Of a stretch of DNA of 64,000 nucleotides, positions 38,112-54,263 are shown one piece after another. The stretch spans positions 5,456,001-5,520,000 of the forward strand of contig OX597829.1 of NCBI GenBank assembly GCA_951406725.2, read 5' to 3'. This DNA comes from Octopus vulgaris (lineage: Eukaryota). Under the pieces are notes generated by a model, which was not told where the DNA came from, ran no database searches, and saw only the letters and a program-made list of their open reading frames with translations. A program made the position numbers and the translations under genes. How positions within the stretch are numbered: position 1 is the first letter of the stretch; each line of letters begins with the position of its first letter.

Positions 38112-39119
38112 CACACATAGATATATACATAGATATATATATACATACATACATATATACATACATGCATACACGTATATCTGTGAATGTGTATACGTGA
38201 TTGTGTGTACTAACTTCTTCAAACTGTGTACCAACTTACTCTAATGACTAAGTAATAATAGTTCTACTGTGAGTCAATAAATTGTACTCGAGTTTTTTTT
38301 TATCATTTTTTTTCCTCTGTGTGTGTGTGTATGTATGTAAAAACGATACTTCATATACACGCGTGCAAACCTATGCGCGCAATTTATCATTATTATCGTC
38401 GTCGTCGTTATCATCATCATTATCAGCACAATAATCATCAGCATCTTCAGCATCATTATCATCGCCGCCACCATCCTCCCATCCTCCTACTCTTCCTTCC
38501 CTCCCCTCCTCCTCCTCTTCATCATCATCATCATCATCATCATCATTCACACATGCACACAATATATCGTTGTTATCATCATCATGGTAGCCATATTCCT
38601 CCTTGTCTTCATGTTCTCTTTGATCATCATCATCAGCAGCAGCACTTTTTCTACGTCTACTTTTCCCCTCCATAATTATGTAGATTTGCATGAGTCTGTC
38701 TTCTCCAGCGCAATATTTCACTTCTTGTTGCGATCCTTTGCCGTATCTTTCATGTTTTTTTTGTTTTTTTTTTATTTTTTATCATCCTGAGATTATCTTC
38801 CAAAACATTTTGTATTTTCCTGATTATTTATTTTTTTTTTGCGGGTTCTTTCCCCTTGAAACTTTTCTACCCAACTTTCCTCCTTCGTACGCATAACATG
38901 TCTTTATCAAGTCAAAATTTGAAGCCACTGTTTTGTCCTTACTCTAAATGTTCCAAAAGCTATCTTGAATATACACCTTGTAAATAAGGTGACCTACGTA
39001 ACAAGAAGTTAAAAAAAAAACTACATTCCCGCGTAATTTAAAGTAAATAGATAAATAAACAGAAGTTAACTAGATAGACAGACTATATGTGATATTCTCC
39101 GGCAGTTATATTCTGGAAA

Positions 39120-40330
39120 TCCTTAGATTTCAAGTATAGCCAATCTCTTTGGAAAGGACGGTCAGTCAGTGACTCTGACCGTGAGTGGCATCGAAAGAGT
39201 TGCTTTTAAATTAGTGGTTGTCTATGCCCCGACAGAAATAAGATGGCCAAATTTGTTCAGGTGCTTGGAAGTTCTTATGGAGACATCTCGATCATTACAA
39301 CTCTACAACTAGTAGGGGATTTCCACTATTGTTTAGATGCACGGAGGGACTGCGTGGTGCTAGCTCATACAAAAGATACAAAATCCTCAAAAACCTGCTC
39401 AGAATTTTCCAACTGCCTCACAAGGACGTACTGAATTTCACTAATGTGCCAACTACAGCGAGACATCAAGTCTTTAGATAATTTGAATACTTGACAAACC
39501 AGTGGATGAAAATAATGATCTGTCCGGTTGATTTAGATAAGACCGAAGACAGAGACCCAGATATTAGATGTACTTGTCCTTATCGGCATGCAAAGACTAC
39601 TGGGAAAGGTTTAGTAAACTAGTTAAGCAGTGACCAGCAGGAGCAGTCGTCAACAGCAGTTGTAGGACGAGAACAGATGTGAGCTACTCGACTCTGAGCA
39701 TGTGTGCAGTTTTTCAACAGTTAACTCGACTTTCGGAGTGGTAGGTGAGCTGGAGACAGTTCTAGTCACAAGACGTGTAGTACTGTTAAAGGCTGATAAA
39801 ACGAGCTTGAATTTGTTTAGCGAACTATTGACTAATGCCCTACTGTTGTGAGCCGTGAAGAACTGAGTTTACCGAGAAAGCATGCCGAAAAACAGAATGC
39901 TGTAGACAACTGTTGATCCCAACTCTGCTGAGCAAGGAATTTATGATTTTCACCAAAGTATTAGCGAAAGGGTTTGATCTAGAAAGCGCAAACGTGTGTA
40001 ATCAAGAAGACGTTCGTTCCTGACAACCTTCAATTCGTGCGAAACAGTGCAGAGAAGGTTGCTAATTAAGCTGGGTTTGTGGATATCCGGAAACATTTTG
40101 GTAAGATCGACAACCGTCATTTGGAAGACATCCAAAAGGTAATCGGTTTCAGTTCTGTTTACAGACACCGGGGTTACTGTAAAGCCAAGTGGCATGGACA
40201 ACTCTAGGAAGCATTTTCCATCTGTTGTTCAGTCTGACAGAACAAATCATCCCCGTCCATTTTGTACATGTCATCTCTCTAACCACTGCTACAGGAGTTC
40301 GAATGGTTGTAGGATGAGCGCATCTCTTTC
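39120..40330 (+). mobile_element. Highly degraded L1/Tx1-like LINE remnant
   Basis: Endonuclease-like FKLVVVYAP and LVGDF motifs, followed by decayed RT-like sequence with many stops. Confidence 0.5.
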
Positions 40331-40485
40331 AAACTGGGACCAGGGAAGGTCATGTTGGCGCATGCGATAGATGTCACTGACATGATGTCAGATTCTTCCG
40401 CAATAGAAGCAGTTGGCCCTATTCTAGAGTCACAACAGCATGGCCTCAGACTAATGACTGTGCGTTCATGTTGTGTACACACACA

Positions 40486-40547
<62 letters not shown>

Positions 40548-41916
40548 TACACACACATACATACGTGCATATTGTGTCTTTTCTATTTTGCGGTGCTTGT
40601 GTCTATATAGTAGCAGCAAATACGACCCCACCATATGAAAGCAATATTCTGGTCATCAGAAATTGTGAGTATATGATGGTTAATTACATGTTGTTGAAGA
40701 CTACAAAGAATTATATTTGATGTAAACAGTGTCTTTGTATTCTTGGAAGACATCACTTTGCGATGAAGATACTTTCAAGATGTCTGCTCAAGATAGAAAG
40801 TAGTTGCTTGACATAAGGTCTGTAGGTAACGAATAGACGATGCGTGTGTGTGTGGGAAAATTAGACGGAAACAAGAATTTGTGTGATCTAAAAAAGTACA
40901 TCGCATGTGAAGGGTGACAATAAGCTTACAGTGTACGAAAGGACGAGTTTTTCAAACATATCTGAACTTAGAAACACACCAGAATTGATGGTGTGCGCAT
41001 ACACTTAAGCGTTTGTTAAGATAGATGTGATTTCATAGAGATTTTGTTGCCATTTGCTCTTGGTCGAATGGCTACATAGATCCTCTCTCGTTGGCTTATA
41101 ATAGTGAAGTTACGATGAAAGTTGTTCATATCCGAGTTCTATATTTAATGTATCTAGATTCATTCTTGTGTGAAATAGAAGATCATTTACACTTAGAATA
41201 AGTATGTTAAAAACAATTCATGTTTAGATTCTCCAGTTTTCACAAAATCTTTGCCGACATTAAACATTAGTAATTTTTGGGCAAAGCCGGTAAAAATAGA
41301 AGCAGTGGGCGATATGGCAGAATTTATCAATAAAGATTAAGTAAGGTCATTTTACTTGTGATAAGTTTCGTGCTTCATAACCTGACGTGAGTTTCCATTT
41401 CAATGGAAAATTATAAAAGCTGCAAGTGTAAATTAGAAATGGAGGAAAATAGCAAAATAAAATTTCTAAAACTAAGACATATTAATCGATTTATAGTAAT
41501 AAATAGCATTGAGTAATTATTCTGCTGGCAGACTTCGTGAAAGAATTAACAATCGTTGCTGAATATTTCAGAAATGTCATCCGCATGAGAAACATAAGGT
41601 AAGTTTTTGCTAGCTTATTCAAATGTTGGGAACAGGGAAAACAAAGTGAAAGCTGGAAATGAAAGAAATGAAAACTATATATATGTCAATGTTACTTTTT
41701 TATTCTAGTTAACTTATTAATGTTTCCTGTATTAAATAGATTAATACTAATATAGTTACTGGATGTAATTTCGTTCGTGATCATTTTCGCCAGAGTGTCA
41801 CGCCACAAAATAAATTGGGAAAAAAATTTAATAATTACATATGGAACTAATTAATTTCTTTTGATTGAACATGATGGTCTAATTTGTTAACTATCTTACT
41901 GCCTGCTATCTTACTT

Positions 41917-42148
41917 AGGCGGCGAGCTGGCAGAAACGTTAGCACACCGGGCGAAATGCTTAGCGATATTTCGTCTGCTGTTACATTCTGAGTTCAAATT
42001 CCGCCAAGGTCGACTTTGCCTTTCATCCTTTCGGGGTCGATAAATTAAGTACCAGTTACGCACTGGTGTCGATGTAATCGACTTAATCCGTTTGTCTGTC
42101 CTTGTTTGTCCCCTCTGTGTTTAGCCCGTTGTAGGTAGTAAAGAAATA
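41917..42148 (+). mobile_element. tRNA-derived SINE family B, full length
   Basis: GGCGGCGAGCTGGCAGAAACG (A-box)...GAGTTCAAATTCC (B-box), body and agtaaagaaata end. Other copies at about 26575-26740, 34935-35095(-), 45963-46090, 58405-58620(-) and 63897-63990(-). Confidence 0.88.
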
Positions 42149-44181
42149 TATCTTACTGCCTGCCTGGGCAAATATATTTTCATAGATCATTCCACAAAAC
42201 TGTACATAAAAGCTATCAGTTCGGCAACATTCACTAACATAGCTCACAAATACAATCGCAAAGTTAATGACATTTGAGAATCCTAAAAGTTGATTAGATC
42301 GTCGTCTTTGTTTGAGTAGTACTTTATTAAATGTAGGAAATTAAAAGCGAAGTCGAACCTATCAGCAATTATACGTAGAAGGAAAAAATGACTAAACTAA
42401 ATATCACACGGCATCCAACCGTCCTTACGATCAATATAATTATAAGTTATGTTAGCTTTTAGTGCTTAAATCCCCAAAGACTAAAAGGAACTAGCGGTAA
42501 ACCATTTCTATATATTCTATTTTTCATCATATTCTGAATTGCATTAGTCTTAAGCGGTGATATTATGTAATTTCTCAAAGTCGATACAGATTCTAGGCCT
42601 CTAAAACTTTTTCCTGGCCATTTACAGGATATAGCTATGTCTGAATACCCGAAACTAGATTTGCTTTACAGAAGCAGAATATACTTTTGCCTTCGATCAG
42701 TTACTGAATCTCTACAAAAATCCAAAACCAAAAATAGATTACTACTAAGGGTGACGATGCTGTGTATCATCTCTCCTCCAGACCTATACAAAATACTTAT
42801 CTCTCGTTAGCCTTAGTCTCTGACTCCATAGTAACCACTTTCGACAGCTTTTCCTCCTCAATCCCAGCCCATGTTTTTACTATAGATATTGACTTACAGA
42901 TGTTGAAGCCGAGCATAAAGCGTATCACTCACAGCAATCTAGGGGTGCATATGAAGGTCATGGACATTATTCCTTCCTCCCATCTCGGCGATGACAGAAA
43001 AACTGTAAAGAGTTTATAACTTGACTAAGGACGACTTGAGTGCAGTAGAAAACAATTATCTCATTCATGGATAGCGATGTGATGAAAAGCAGTGGCAATT
43101 CCTGGAATATTTTCAAATGTTAAAATATTTAGGCTGAATTGTTACCGAGTGTACCAAAATTTTCATATATGTTTTTTTTTCTCTTGATGAAGGTAACATA
43201 GAAATAGAGAAATAAATTTCCCAATATCAGATAAATAAATATCCGTTCCCTATTTTTGATAATTATGATAATTAAGACGAGCTAGAGAGGTTTTCTATTC
43301 ACAGCTGCTAAAATTACAAGGGCAATTTTGATCATAGATCTTCTGGTTCAAAACTGAACTGAGGCTAAACAACAACCCATGGACATGTGACATGCTTGAG
43401 ATATCAACTAATCACCACTCAAATTGCACTTTATCATCTAAACTGGGTGATATAATCCCAGACATACCGCTTGAAGAAAGACATGATGGTCATGGCAGGA
43501 ACAGCTGTGATCACAGACATCAGCAAACAGTGGTAAAAATGAAGATGGTTGAGAAAACTTTGTCTTATTTGGAAGGAAGATTTCAATCTCAAAATTTATT
43601 TAAATTACTTTTTTTACAGAAATTATTTTAAACTCTGTCACATTTAGTTTCATAATATCTATATCTAAACCTTTTATTTGCCAGCTTTGAAATATAGATA
43701 TATTTTCTTAAGTTATTCCATACAGTTACTAACCAGTTCTGAAACCAGTCGTTTCTGCTACCGTGTTTCTTTGTCCCTTGTCATTTATGTGAACTTTGGA
43801 AAAACAGGAAAATATTTTTGTTATTTTAATAATATTAGCCTTTTGAACTGATTGGCCAGATATTTCTTGGAGCAAGAAATGATGCAATACACACTTACCA
43901 TGTAGGCATAGCTTCCTCCCAAACCATTTCTGAGTGAGATTTAGAACTTTATACAAATGCTTGGTATATATATAAGTAGAGACTTATTTTTGTAGTAAAA
44001 GAAATAGTATCCCTTTGACTGCTATTTCTAATATTTTCGGTATGTGGTTTAAGCAACTTGTTGCAAAAAACCCATATTATTATAATTATATAATTTTTAC
44101 CGAATAAGGTCTTTTTCCATACCAAAATACTACTAGGTGAAATTTATTGATGTTATTAAATTAATTATATTTCACCCTTTA

Positions 44182-44234
<53 letters not shown>

Positions 44235-44276
44235 ATAGGGTGTGTGAATAAATTGTCGTCTAAATTACGCAAAATA

Positions 44277-45143
<867 letters not shown>

Positions 45144-45184
45144 TAATGTTTGTTACAATCACTTGCTGACACATACCCTGCGTC

Positions 45185-45620
45185 TTAGGGCGAGCGAAGA
45201 ATAAGAGATGTTACAACATGCATGACTGAAAGCTTGGGAAAGCGAAGTGGCAGAGGCAGTAACGAAATATCTTCATTTAATACACATACTTTTAAACTGA
45301 TAGCGTTTTTCTGAGGATGTGGGCCAGCACAATCTTTTGAGTTTCCCTGAGACACGGTTTTCTTGGAATGTTGTCTAGATGTTTCTGTCATACATTTTTT
45401 TTAATCACACCAAACTCACCTACAATAACAAGAGCAGTTCTTGCTTTAAGATGCCACATCTTTTGTATTTCAATTTCCAGATCCTTAATTTGTCAACTTC
45501 CTTTAATAGACATATTTTTATTAGTGACAACATTTACATCTAATATTCGACAAGTATTTTCTTCACTGTCTTTTTTAATTATGTCTGCTTTATTAGCCAG
45601 GATCGTTCTGCCGGTGTTGT
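45185..45620 (-). mobile_element. Diverged R4/Dong-like 3' fragment between (TAA)n tracts
   Basis: RTILANKADIIKKD..TCRILDV; then KDLEIEIQKMWHLKARTALVIVGEFGVIKK. Confidence 0.75.
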
Positions 45621-45625
45621 TGTCA

Positions 45626-45844
<219 letters not shown>

Positions 45845-45845
45845 A

Positions 45846-45899
<54 letters not shown>

Positions 45900-45900
45900 C

Positions 45901-45965
<65 letters not shown>

Positions 45966-46139
45966 CGACTTTGCTTTTCATCCTTTTGGAGTCGATTAAA
46001 TAAGTACCAGTGAAACACTGGGGTCGATATAATTGACTATCCTTCTCCCCACAATTTCAGACCTTGAGCCTATAGTAGAAAGGATTATTATTGCTATTTT
46101 CATATAAACATAACAGGTTAGTTATGTCTGTTATCAGTC

Positions 46140-47135
46140 AGGCGCTTACAACCCTCTCCCAGTCGGGCAATGGAATCAGTGTATGTTCCACTTTAGAAAT
46201 TTATAGCGGATTAGTGGCGGGAAGTGCGACGACGTTCTCGGGGAGACTCTGGGCAACGACGAAAATGAACTGGACAGTCTGTTCCGGAGGATTTTCCGAT
46301 CGGGGAAATATCATGGATAATTTCCAGATGTCCTCAGTCTGGCAGTGCTACCGGGTGAGTGTGGTGGGAGCGCTACTGGTTCGAGACAAGCTCTACAGGC
46401 ACAGATGCGCTGTCAGACGGACTTGTTCGAGGTGTGCGCAGAGTGATGAAACCGTTCTGCACGCCCTCGTTCAGTGTCCGGGCATTGCTGACATATTGGG
46501 TTATTTATGTTGCACAGATACTGTCACATGTGAGACGGATTTGTTTGTAGGCCAAGTTTGTAGTGATGATCGCCCCACCGCCCTTCTTTAATCAGGCAGG
46601 CAAGGCAGTTTTCCTTTGCCTGGTGGCTGTGGCGAAAGAGGTTGTTTGGTGGACAAAGCTGAAATGCATGAGGACAGATACGTTCCTCTTTGATGAAGCT
46701 CTCATTGACTTCTTCAAGTTTCACTTGAAAAGGAATTTGCGAATGGAGAGGAAAGTGCTGTCCTCCAGTGAGTTTATTAGAAGGTGGGTAAAAGTTACAA
46801 AAATGGCAAGAATGAATGATACCTCTTTTCGTGCAGACCTGTGAATCGGAGAGAAGGAATTGGAGAGGGCACTTGCTCATAGGTTTTCAGGGAAATCTCA
46901 GACAGTGAGGTTTTTCGATTATCCCTAAAGGCGTTCCTGTGTCAGGAGGGTCACATCTCTCTCATTCTCCCAACATTTTTTCAAAAACCTTTGTATGCTA
47001 TGCATATGTCTCTTTTTTATCATTTCATTATTACTTTTTTTTATCATTTCATTATTATATGTAAACCCCCACACTTTATGTCTGTATCTGTATTGTCACC
47101 CTTATCCTTCGCCCTTGTGGCAAATAAATGAAATC
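46140..47135 (+). mobile_element. 3' end of a Tx1/L1-like LINE
   Basis: ALLVRDKLYRH...TCSRCAQSDETVLHALVQC (zinc finger); VAVAKEVVWWT...FFKFHLKRNLRMERKVLS; UTR ending in aataaa. Confidence 0.75.
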
Positions 47136-48142
47136 ATTACTATTGTTGTTGTTGCTTGGTTGTTGTCGTTGTTATTGTTGTTGTTAGAAAAATATAATAA
47201 ACTGATTACACTCAGCGGGTGTCATTGGAGACCCAAACATAGGACCGATAATCTTTCCAGCCTAACTTTTGGCGATAAATATCTTTGACATTAGATATTT
47301 CTGTGACACCCTAACCCTGATTTACAAGACAGAAAGACAGAAAAATATATAAAACCAAGCCATAAACTAACGTCAAAACAACAACTGTTTGGTACGCGGA
47401 TTACATCCTTTTTCTTTCTTTTATTTGTGTGTGTGTGCGCGCGCGCACGTGCGTGTGTATACAAATAAAATTGAGGAGGCGGAAAAGGGGAGAGAGAGAG
47501 TGAGATCGCATGTGTTTTTTCATTAACTAACATTTTGAGACTCTGTGTAAATGTGTATATGAATAAATTGTAAATATGTGCTCCTATAAGAAACCCTTAA
47601 TTAAGCCCCACTCGAAGTTAGCTGTTACACGGTTACATCTAAAACTTCTTGTCAGTGCGTGAGAATTCACTTTTACAATCATTACTGGATAACAATCAAC
47701 ACCACCATTACAAGCAAATCTGCGAATTATTGTACGTGTGTTAGTTATTTGATTTTATCTTTACATTTAAACGAAAATCTATTCTGAGGTTATCAACAGG
47801 CCTAAGAAAATCTTTCGTGAAGTGGGTAAAAAATTCTCGATATTGAGTCAATTCAAATGGATATTGAGTCAATTCAAATTGAGTCAATTCAAATAGACAA
47901 CATGCCTCCAAAATAGCCTTCACAGTTTAATAATTGCTATCCTAATTTTTTTCTGTGGTTGGACTCGATTTTTAAAAAAACCTTTAAAATCAACAAAAGT
48001 CTGCCATAGGAGAGAGCGGTAGACGCGTAAACAAACTGCTGTCATCGCCATTTCAATCTTCACCATCACCAAAAATACTTAAGACTCATATATTTCCCAG
48101 TAAACACTACCTAAGAATACACACACACACACATATACATAC

Positions 48143-48183
<41 letters not shown>

Positions 48184-48191
48184 TAGAGATG

Positions 48192-48307
<116 letters not shown>

Positions 48308-48419
48308 TTCACATATATATACATACATCCATGCACACATACATGTATGTATGTATGTATGTATGTATGTATGTATGTATGTATGTATGTATGTATGTAT
48401 GTATGTATGTGTGTATAGA

Positions 48420-48817
48420 CAAGACATCATAAAGAAGAATGGAGATTTATATACATCTTGAAAACTTGTTTATTACAATATTTTGATCCGACACGCGTTT
48501 CTTCTTCATGAGTGTCATGATATCCGTTGATGTAGCATTTATGTGTATTTAGTTGGTTCATTTACGGTACATATTCCTCCAGAGTAGACATTCCTATGGA
48601 ACGTCACCCACCTACACGGGTACAAACTTGAATAAAGCTTCGTAAGAATGTCTAACTTGAGTCAATATGTACTTCAAATAAAACAACCAGATGGACATAA
48701 ATAGTAAATCAACGGACATTAAAAAACTACTGCAGCAGAAAAACGTGTCGGACTGAAATATTGAAATAAAAAGTTTTCAAGATGTATAATTCTCCATTCT
48801 TCTTCATGATGTCTTTA
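48420..48817. repeat. Diverged fold-back element
   Basis: aagacatcataaagaagaatggaga...catcttgaaaactt...ccgacacg versus cgtgtcgg...aagttttcaagatg...tctccattcttcttcatgatgtctt. Confidence 0.8.
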
Positions 48818-48832
48818 TGCGGCATACTCTTC

Positions 48833-50990
48833 CTAACAGGTCAATAGCATCAGCAAAGTGCAGGTTGAAAATGAGCCATCCTCCAATGAAGACAGAAGGG
48901 TAGATATTGTCTTCTGCATAATGTTCTTCAGGAAGATGTTGCAGATCAATGGAGAGAGGAGACATCCTTGTCTAACATCCACTGTTGTCCTGAAGAAAAC
49001 TGCGATGTTATTGTTGAGGAGAAAACTGTTTGCGATTTCATACAATGCTTGGATTACTTCGTCGAAGTATTTGTTGAAGTTGTAATTCTTAATCACCGTG
49101 CCAAAGACGGTCAAATGCCTTTTTGAAACTGTTGAAGCTGTAATAGAGGTCAGACTAGTGCTGCAGATATTTCCCAGTAAGCAAACTGATGTTAAATATC
49201 TGTTCTACAGTTCTACTTTTGGGCTAAATTCAGCCTGTTCTTCTGCAAAGATTTCTTCTGCCTTCCCCTTAAGTCTGTTTAGCAGAACTCATAGCAATAC
49301 TTCGCTGAGGTAGTTAATTAGGCTGATTGCTCTATAATTCTGGCAGAGACTTAAGTTACCTTTCTTGAAAATAGGCGTCAGTTCGGTCCACTGCTTTGGC
49401 GGCTGCTTTGACTCCCATATCCCATGACAGGTAACTGTTAGTGCCTCGATAACGTTTGGCCCTCGATAAGCTTTGCTTTAGGAACTCTAATGGAAAGTTA
49501 TCCACTCCTGGAGATTTTCAATCTTTAGGCATGCGTACTGCCCCTTCGGTTTTCTCCAGGAGAACTAGAGTATTCCCAAGTTATCTGTTGATGTTGTTGT
49601 TGTTGTTGCTGCTGCTGCTGCTGCTGGAATTGTCTAGACTATTGATGTCGTATAAGAATCTGTGGTTTTAAACGTCTTTGCAATACTCAGATCATCATGG
49701 GTCATACCATTCTCATCTGTGAGAAGCAGGGCTTATTTCGTCCTCATAAGTTTCTTTGTTTTCGTTGGGATTCTGATGGTTTCATAAGCAACCCTGCTGC
49801 TTCCTTTCTTTATCTCAGCTTTGATGATTTTGCTCTGGGCCATTTCTCTTTCGCTTCCCTCCTTTTCTTCCAAACGTTCCTATTCTCCGTATTGTGTTAC
49901 AAACTTGCCTCCTGACCCCTTAGCTTGGCCTTCCTCGGATCTCGTTATAAGTCACATAGGTCCAAGATGTCATCATTTTGTTGTTCTTTTCTTTCTTCTC
50001 CCTTGCAGTTTAGAGCCGTTGCATGAAGTCTTTTCTTGATGTTGTCTGTCAGAGAGATTATATAGTCTTCTAGAATGTTATGGGGCTGCAAACCTGCCAA
50101 TTAGTTTCGTCTCAAACTCCGCTGTAACCCAGGGATCTTTCGGTTCGTCTATGCCATAACTAATACGTATAGTTCTTTGCTTTTGGCTCCTTTTTCAGTT
50201 TGAGCCACATTGTCATTGGGACCAAATCATGATCACTGCCGATATCCGCATCAGAGTAAGTCCTCGTCCTAACTTTATTCAAGTTGGACTTGAACTTTTG
50301 AGATGCGAATGAAGGCAATTTGGTTGTGAGTCCCATCATTCGACGAATGCTATGTTGTTTTGCAAGAGGTCTTTTGTGTTTTGGCTAGGATCAACTTATG
50401 AATACTAACAAATTTTAGGATTTGCAGTCCATCATCATTGGTTTCTTCAAATCAGAATTGTACCAGCCTATTTGTCATATGCATCTGGGCTTACTTTAGC
50501 GTTCCATTATCCAAAGATGGTAAGGACATTTTTTTTAGGAGATTCCCTGGTGATTTTATCTAGTTCCTCATCATCTAGTTCAACATCATCATCATATTCA
50601 AGCGTTGGCGCATAGACTTACAGGTCACTTGTGTACGGCTGATGACTGGACTTAATCTGTTAACGATAAAATCCACTCCATGTTCATGCTCGGTGTCATC
50701 TCCACTGTTTGCGGTCTTCGTTTGTCGATGTCTCGCCAAATCCAGTCCAACCGATTTCAGCTGGTTCAAAGATATCCCAGGAGTACTTGTTAATTCCGTA
50801 TGTAACTACCTTCGTCTTTACTCATGCATGTAGAGTTCGGACGTTCCACATCCCAAAGACAGTATTGCCTTTGGGAAGATTGAAGGTTGTCAGTATGGGT
50901 GCTATTGTCACTGTTGTTATCATCCCAGTTGCACATCGGTCGTCTCCACCTTGGGAAACATAATTGGAGATCGCGGTCGTTCGTTTACGG
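48833..50990 (-). mobile_element. Degraded RTE-clade LINE (AP endonuclease plus N-terminal RT)
   Basis: FGMWNVRTL, HEHGVDFIV, YSDADIGSDHDLV, KKGNLSLCQNYRAISLINY, VRQGCLLSPLICNIFL. Confidence 0.88.
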
Positions 50991-50994
50991 ACAT

Positions 50995-51277
50995 ATACAT
51001 AATACATACATACATGCATACATACATACATACATACATACATACATACACACATACATTCATACATACATACATACATGCATACATACATACATACATA
51101 CATACATACATACATACACACATACATTCATACATACATACATACATACATACATACACACATACATTCATACATACACACATACATTCATACATACATA
51201 CATACATATATACGTACATACTTACATACGTACATACATACATACATACATACATACATACATACGTACGTACATAC

Positions 51278-51308
<31 letters not shown>

Positions 51309-51334
51309 CATACATACATACATACATACATACA

Positions 51335-51365
<31 letters not shown>
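50995..51365. repeat. (CATA)n microsatellite
   Basis: Seen directly. Confidence 0.95.
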
Positions 51366-51367
<2 letters not shown>

Positions 51368-51916
51368 GATGTAGGTGTTAAACAGTTATTCTGCTTGAAA
51401 ACCCCGAATATTTTCACTAAATTAACGAGGACACACTTTAACATTAAGTCTGCAGATTAGAGTGAAAGGTGACCAAGGAAAACGTCCAACACTTTCTTAA
51501 TAAACAATACGTCACTCTCTGTAACTAAAATTCCAGTTATGGAATTTGCTTCTTAGCTAGAAACCAACAACTTCTTTATAAGAATATTCCAAAATATCAA
51601 TAAAGATGCGTATATAAGCATCTATACTTTTCTGTATATGCTACATCAAAGCTATTGCTTTAGAATTATATCTATGATTACTGAGGTTTTCTGTTACATA
51701 ACAAACTGCCTCATTACACATTTTGAGAGACTGGGCCTCACAGTTCCAGAAACGACTAAGCTAAAAGAGAAAAATTACTATCGCAAAGTTATCAATGGAA
51801 CTTTTAAAAATATTTGAAACACTCAAGGTTAGCCTGTAGAATCTATACAAGCACACTTGGGCCGACAAATGGCATATATTATATATATGTCTGCGTGTGA
51901 GTGTGTGTCCATTTAT

Positions 51917-51964
<48 letters not shown>

Positions 51965-52713
51965 TTGTGTATGTAATATATATATATATGATATATAATA
52001 TATATATTGATAAATAGATAGATAGATGGATATACATGCACATATACTTATACATATGTAAGTCAAACATACGTATTCACAGGTTTAGTGATACGCATAC
52101 ATGCAAACACGCACACACAAGCATACACACATACATACACACACAGTATTACCCACGCGCAAGCAGGAATAACTAACTCATGCGGTCTAAATTCCAATAA
52201 AGAAGCCTTGATGCTAGGCTGGACACATTTCTGTCTCTGTTGGAGAGAGAATTTGAAAACTAAAACCAGAACATACAAACAATACACACACACACATACA
52301 TACATACGTATATTCACACACAATGCATGCATGAAAACTTATATGCGCATCACACTCGCACCCACGCACGCACATACATACACAAATTCACACACACACA
52401 TAAATACATTCATATTTTAAGTGTGTGAATATTTTCTTGAGTTACGCTTTTCAAAAGACTTGAATTATAAATTACTTTCTACTTTACACCGAAATTTCTG
52501 TCATCAAGAGGTTTGCTTGCAACAAACGATCTTCTGTTTTCTGAATGTTTCTTCAAGACATTAATAATGGTATGATGGAAGCAGTTAGCTATCTGCAAAA
52601 GCCATCACTGACTCGATGTTTATTAATGAAGCAGCTCTAACTACAATAATCTAATGTTACATGTGGTTAGATCAGAATGCCAGTGTCAAATCTATGAAAG
52701 AAAATATAAACGT

Positions 52714-52867
52714 GGTGGCTGTGTGGTAAGTAGCTTGTTTACCAACCACATGGTTCCGAGTTCAGTCCCACTGCGTGACACCTTGGGCAGGTGTCTTCTA
52801 CTATAGCCTCGGGCCGACCAAAGTCTTGTGAGTGGATTTGGTAGACGGAAACTGAAAGAAGCCCGTC

Positions 52868-52912
<45 letters not shown>

Positions 52913-53307
52913 AGCAGGAGTGGCTGTGTGGTAAGTAGCTTGCTTACCAACTACATGGTCCGGGTTCAGTCCCACTGCATGGCACCTTGGGTAAGTGTCT
53001 TCTACTATAGCCTCGGGCCGGCCAAAGCCTTGTGAGTGGATTTGGTAGACGGAAACTGAAAGAAGCCCGTCGTATATATGTATATATATATATGCGTGTG
53101 TGTGTTTGTGCGTCTGTATTTGTCCCCCTAGCATTGCTTGACAACCGATGCTGGTGTGTTTATGTCCCCGTCACTTAACGGTTCGGCAAAAAGAGACCGA
53201 TAGAATAAGTACTGGGCTTACAAAGAATAAGTCCCGGGGTCGAGTTGCTCGATTAAAGGCGGTGCACCAGCATGGCCGCGGTCAAAATGACTGAAACAAG
53301 TAAAAAG
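52714..53307 (+). mobile_element. SINE family A, head-only copy (52714-52868) followed by a full copy (52911-53307)
   Basis: Two consecutive heads separated by (TA)n. Confidence 0.9.
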
Positions 53308-54208
53308 AAAAAAAAAAGAGATACATTCCAACCTAACCATCATTTGATTATCAGGACTGGTAGACTGAAAAACGCCTGCGGTATTTAGTTGTTCTTTACG
53401 AGTTGAGTCCGGTCCGGGTTGCTGGGTTCAACATCCTCGACTGCACCAAGTAAAACCACAGGACAAAAAGCCTAGTCTTGTTCATTTGTTAAGAACAAAT
53501 ATTTATATGTTTAATAGATAGCAGAACCGACAGAGTATAAAATACCATTGGTCTTTTACGACGGAAAGGACCAGTAGTATTTGAGTTCCTTTCACATGGT
53601 CAATAAAGACAAAAATTAAAAAAAGAAGCAATTAGTAATCGAATTAATCAATTATATCTCCCACAGGACCACTGAATTTGTGCTTATGTAATAAATAACC
53701 ATCATTATTATTGCTATTTAGGCTGAGTCAAACCTAATATTTTGAGTTGAATGATATCTAGAATTACCCCTTATATATCACACGTGGAAAAACAAAAAAT
53801 GGTTAAAAAAAATAAAATGGTATCCGTTATTTATGTTCCCGTGTTGACTTACAGCAACAGTATGTATCTGTCTAAAACAGCATGCATTCATCTTCAGAAT
53901 TTTCCTTCTTTCCATCTTTACTTTAAAAACAGTGCAGACTGTTTTGACACTTAGACATAGCAAATTGCGTGTATGTGTGCGTGCGCGCGAGTCGGTGTGT
54001 GTATGATTATGTGCACACGCACACACTTGTGTGCAATGCCTGAATGTATACATAAGTATGTGTATGAATCAAAGTGCTTCTTTGTACATTTATATACACA
54101 CAAATTCCAATGTATTGACATGCATATATAGAGAATCACGTACACATATAAGTCAATAATATGCATATATATACATATATATGTGTGTGTGTATGTGTGT
54201 GTGTATGC

Positions 54209-54263
<55 letters not shown>

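Noticed and set aside
38319-38721. His-rich and Asp-rich ORFs
   Set aside because: A degenerate (CAT)n low-complexity tract.
41532-41598. Possible plus-strand exon (DFVKELTIVAEYFRNVIRMRNI, ag...gtaagt)
   Set aside because: Weak acceptor, unrecognised peptide and no partner exons; such matches are expected by chance in 64 kb.
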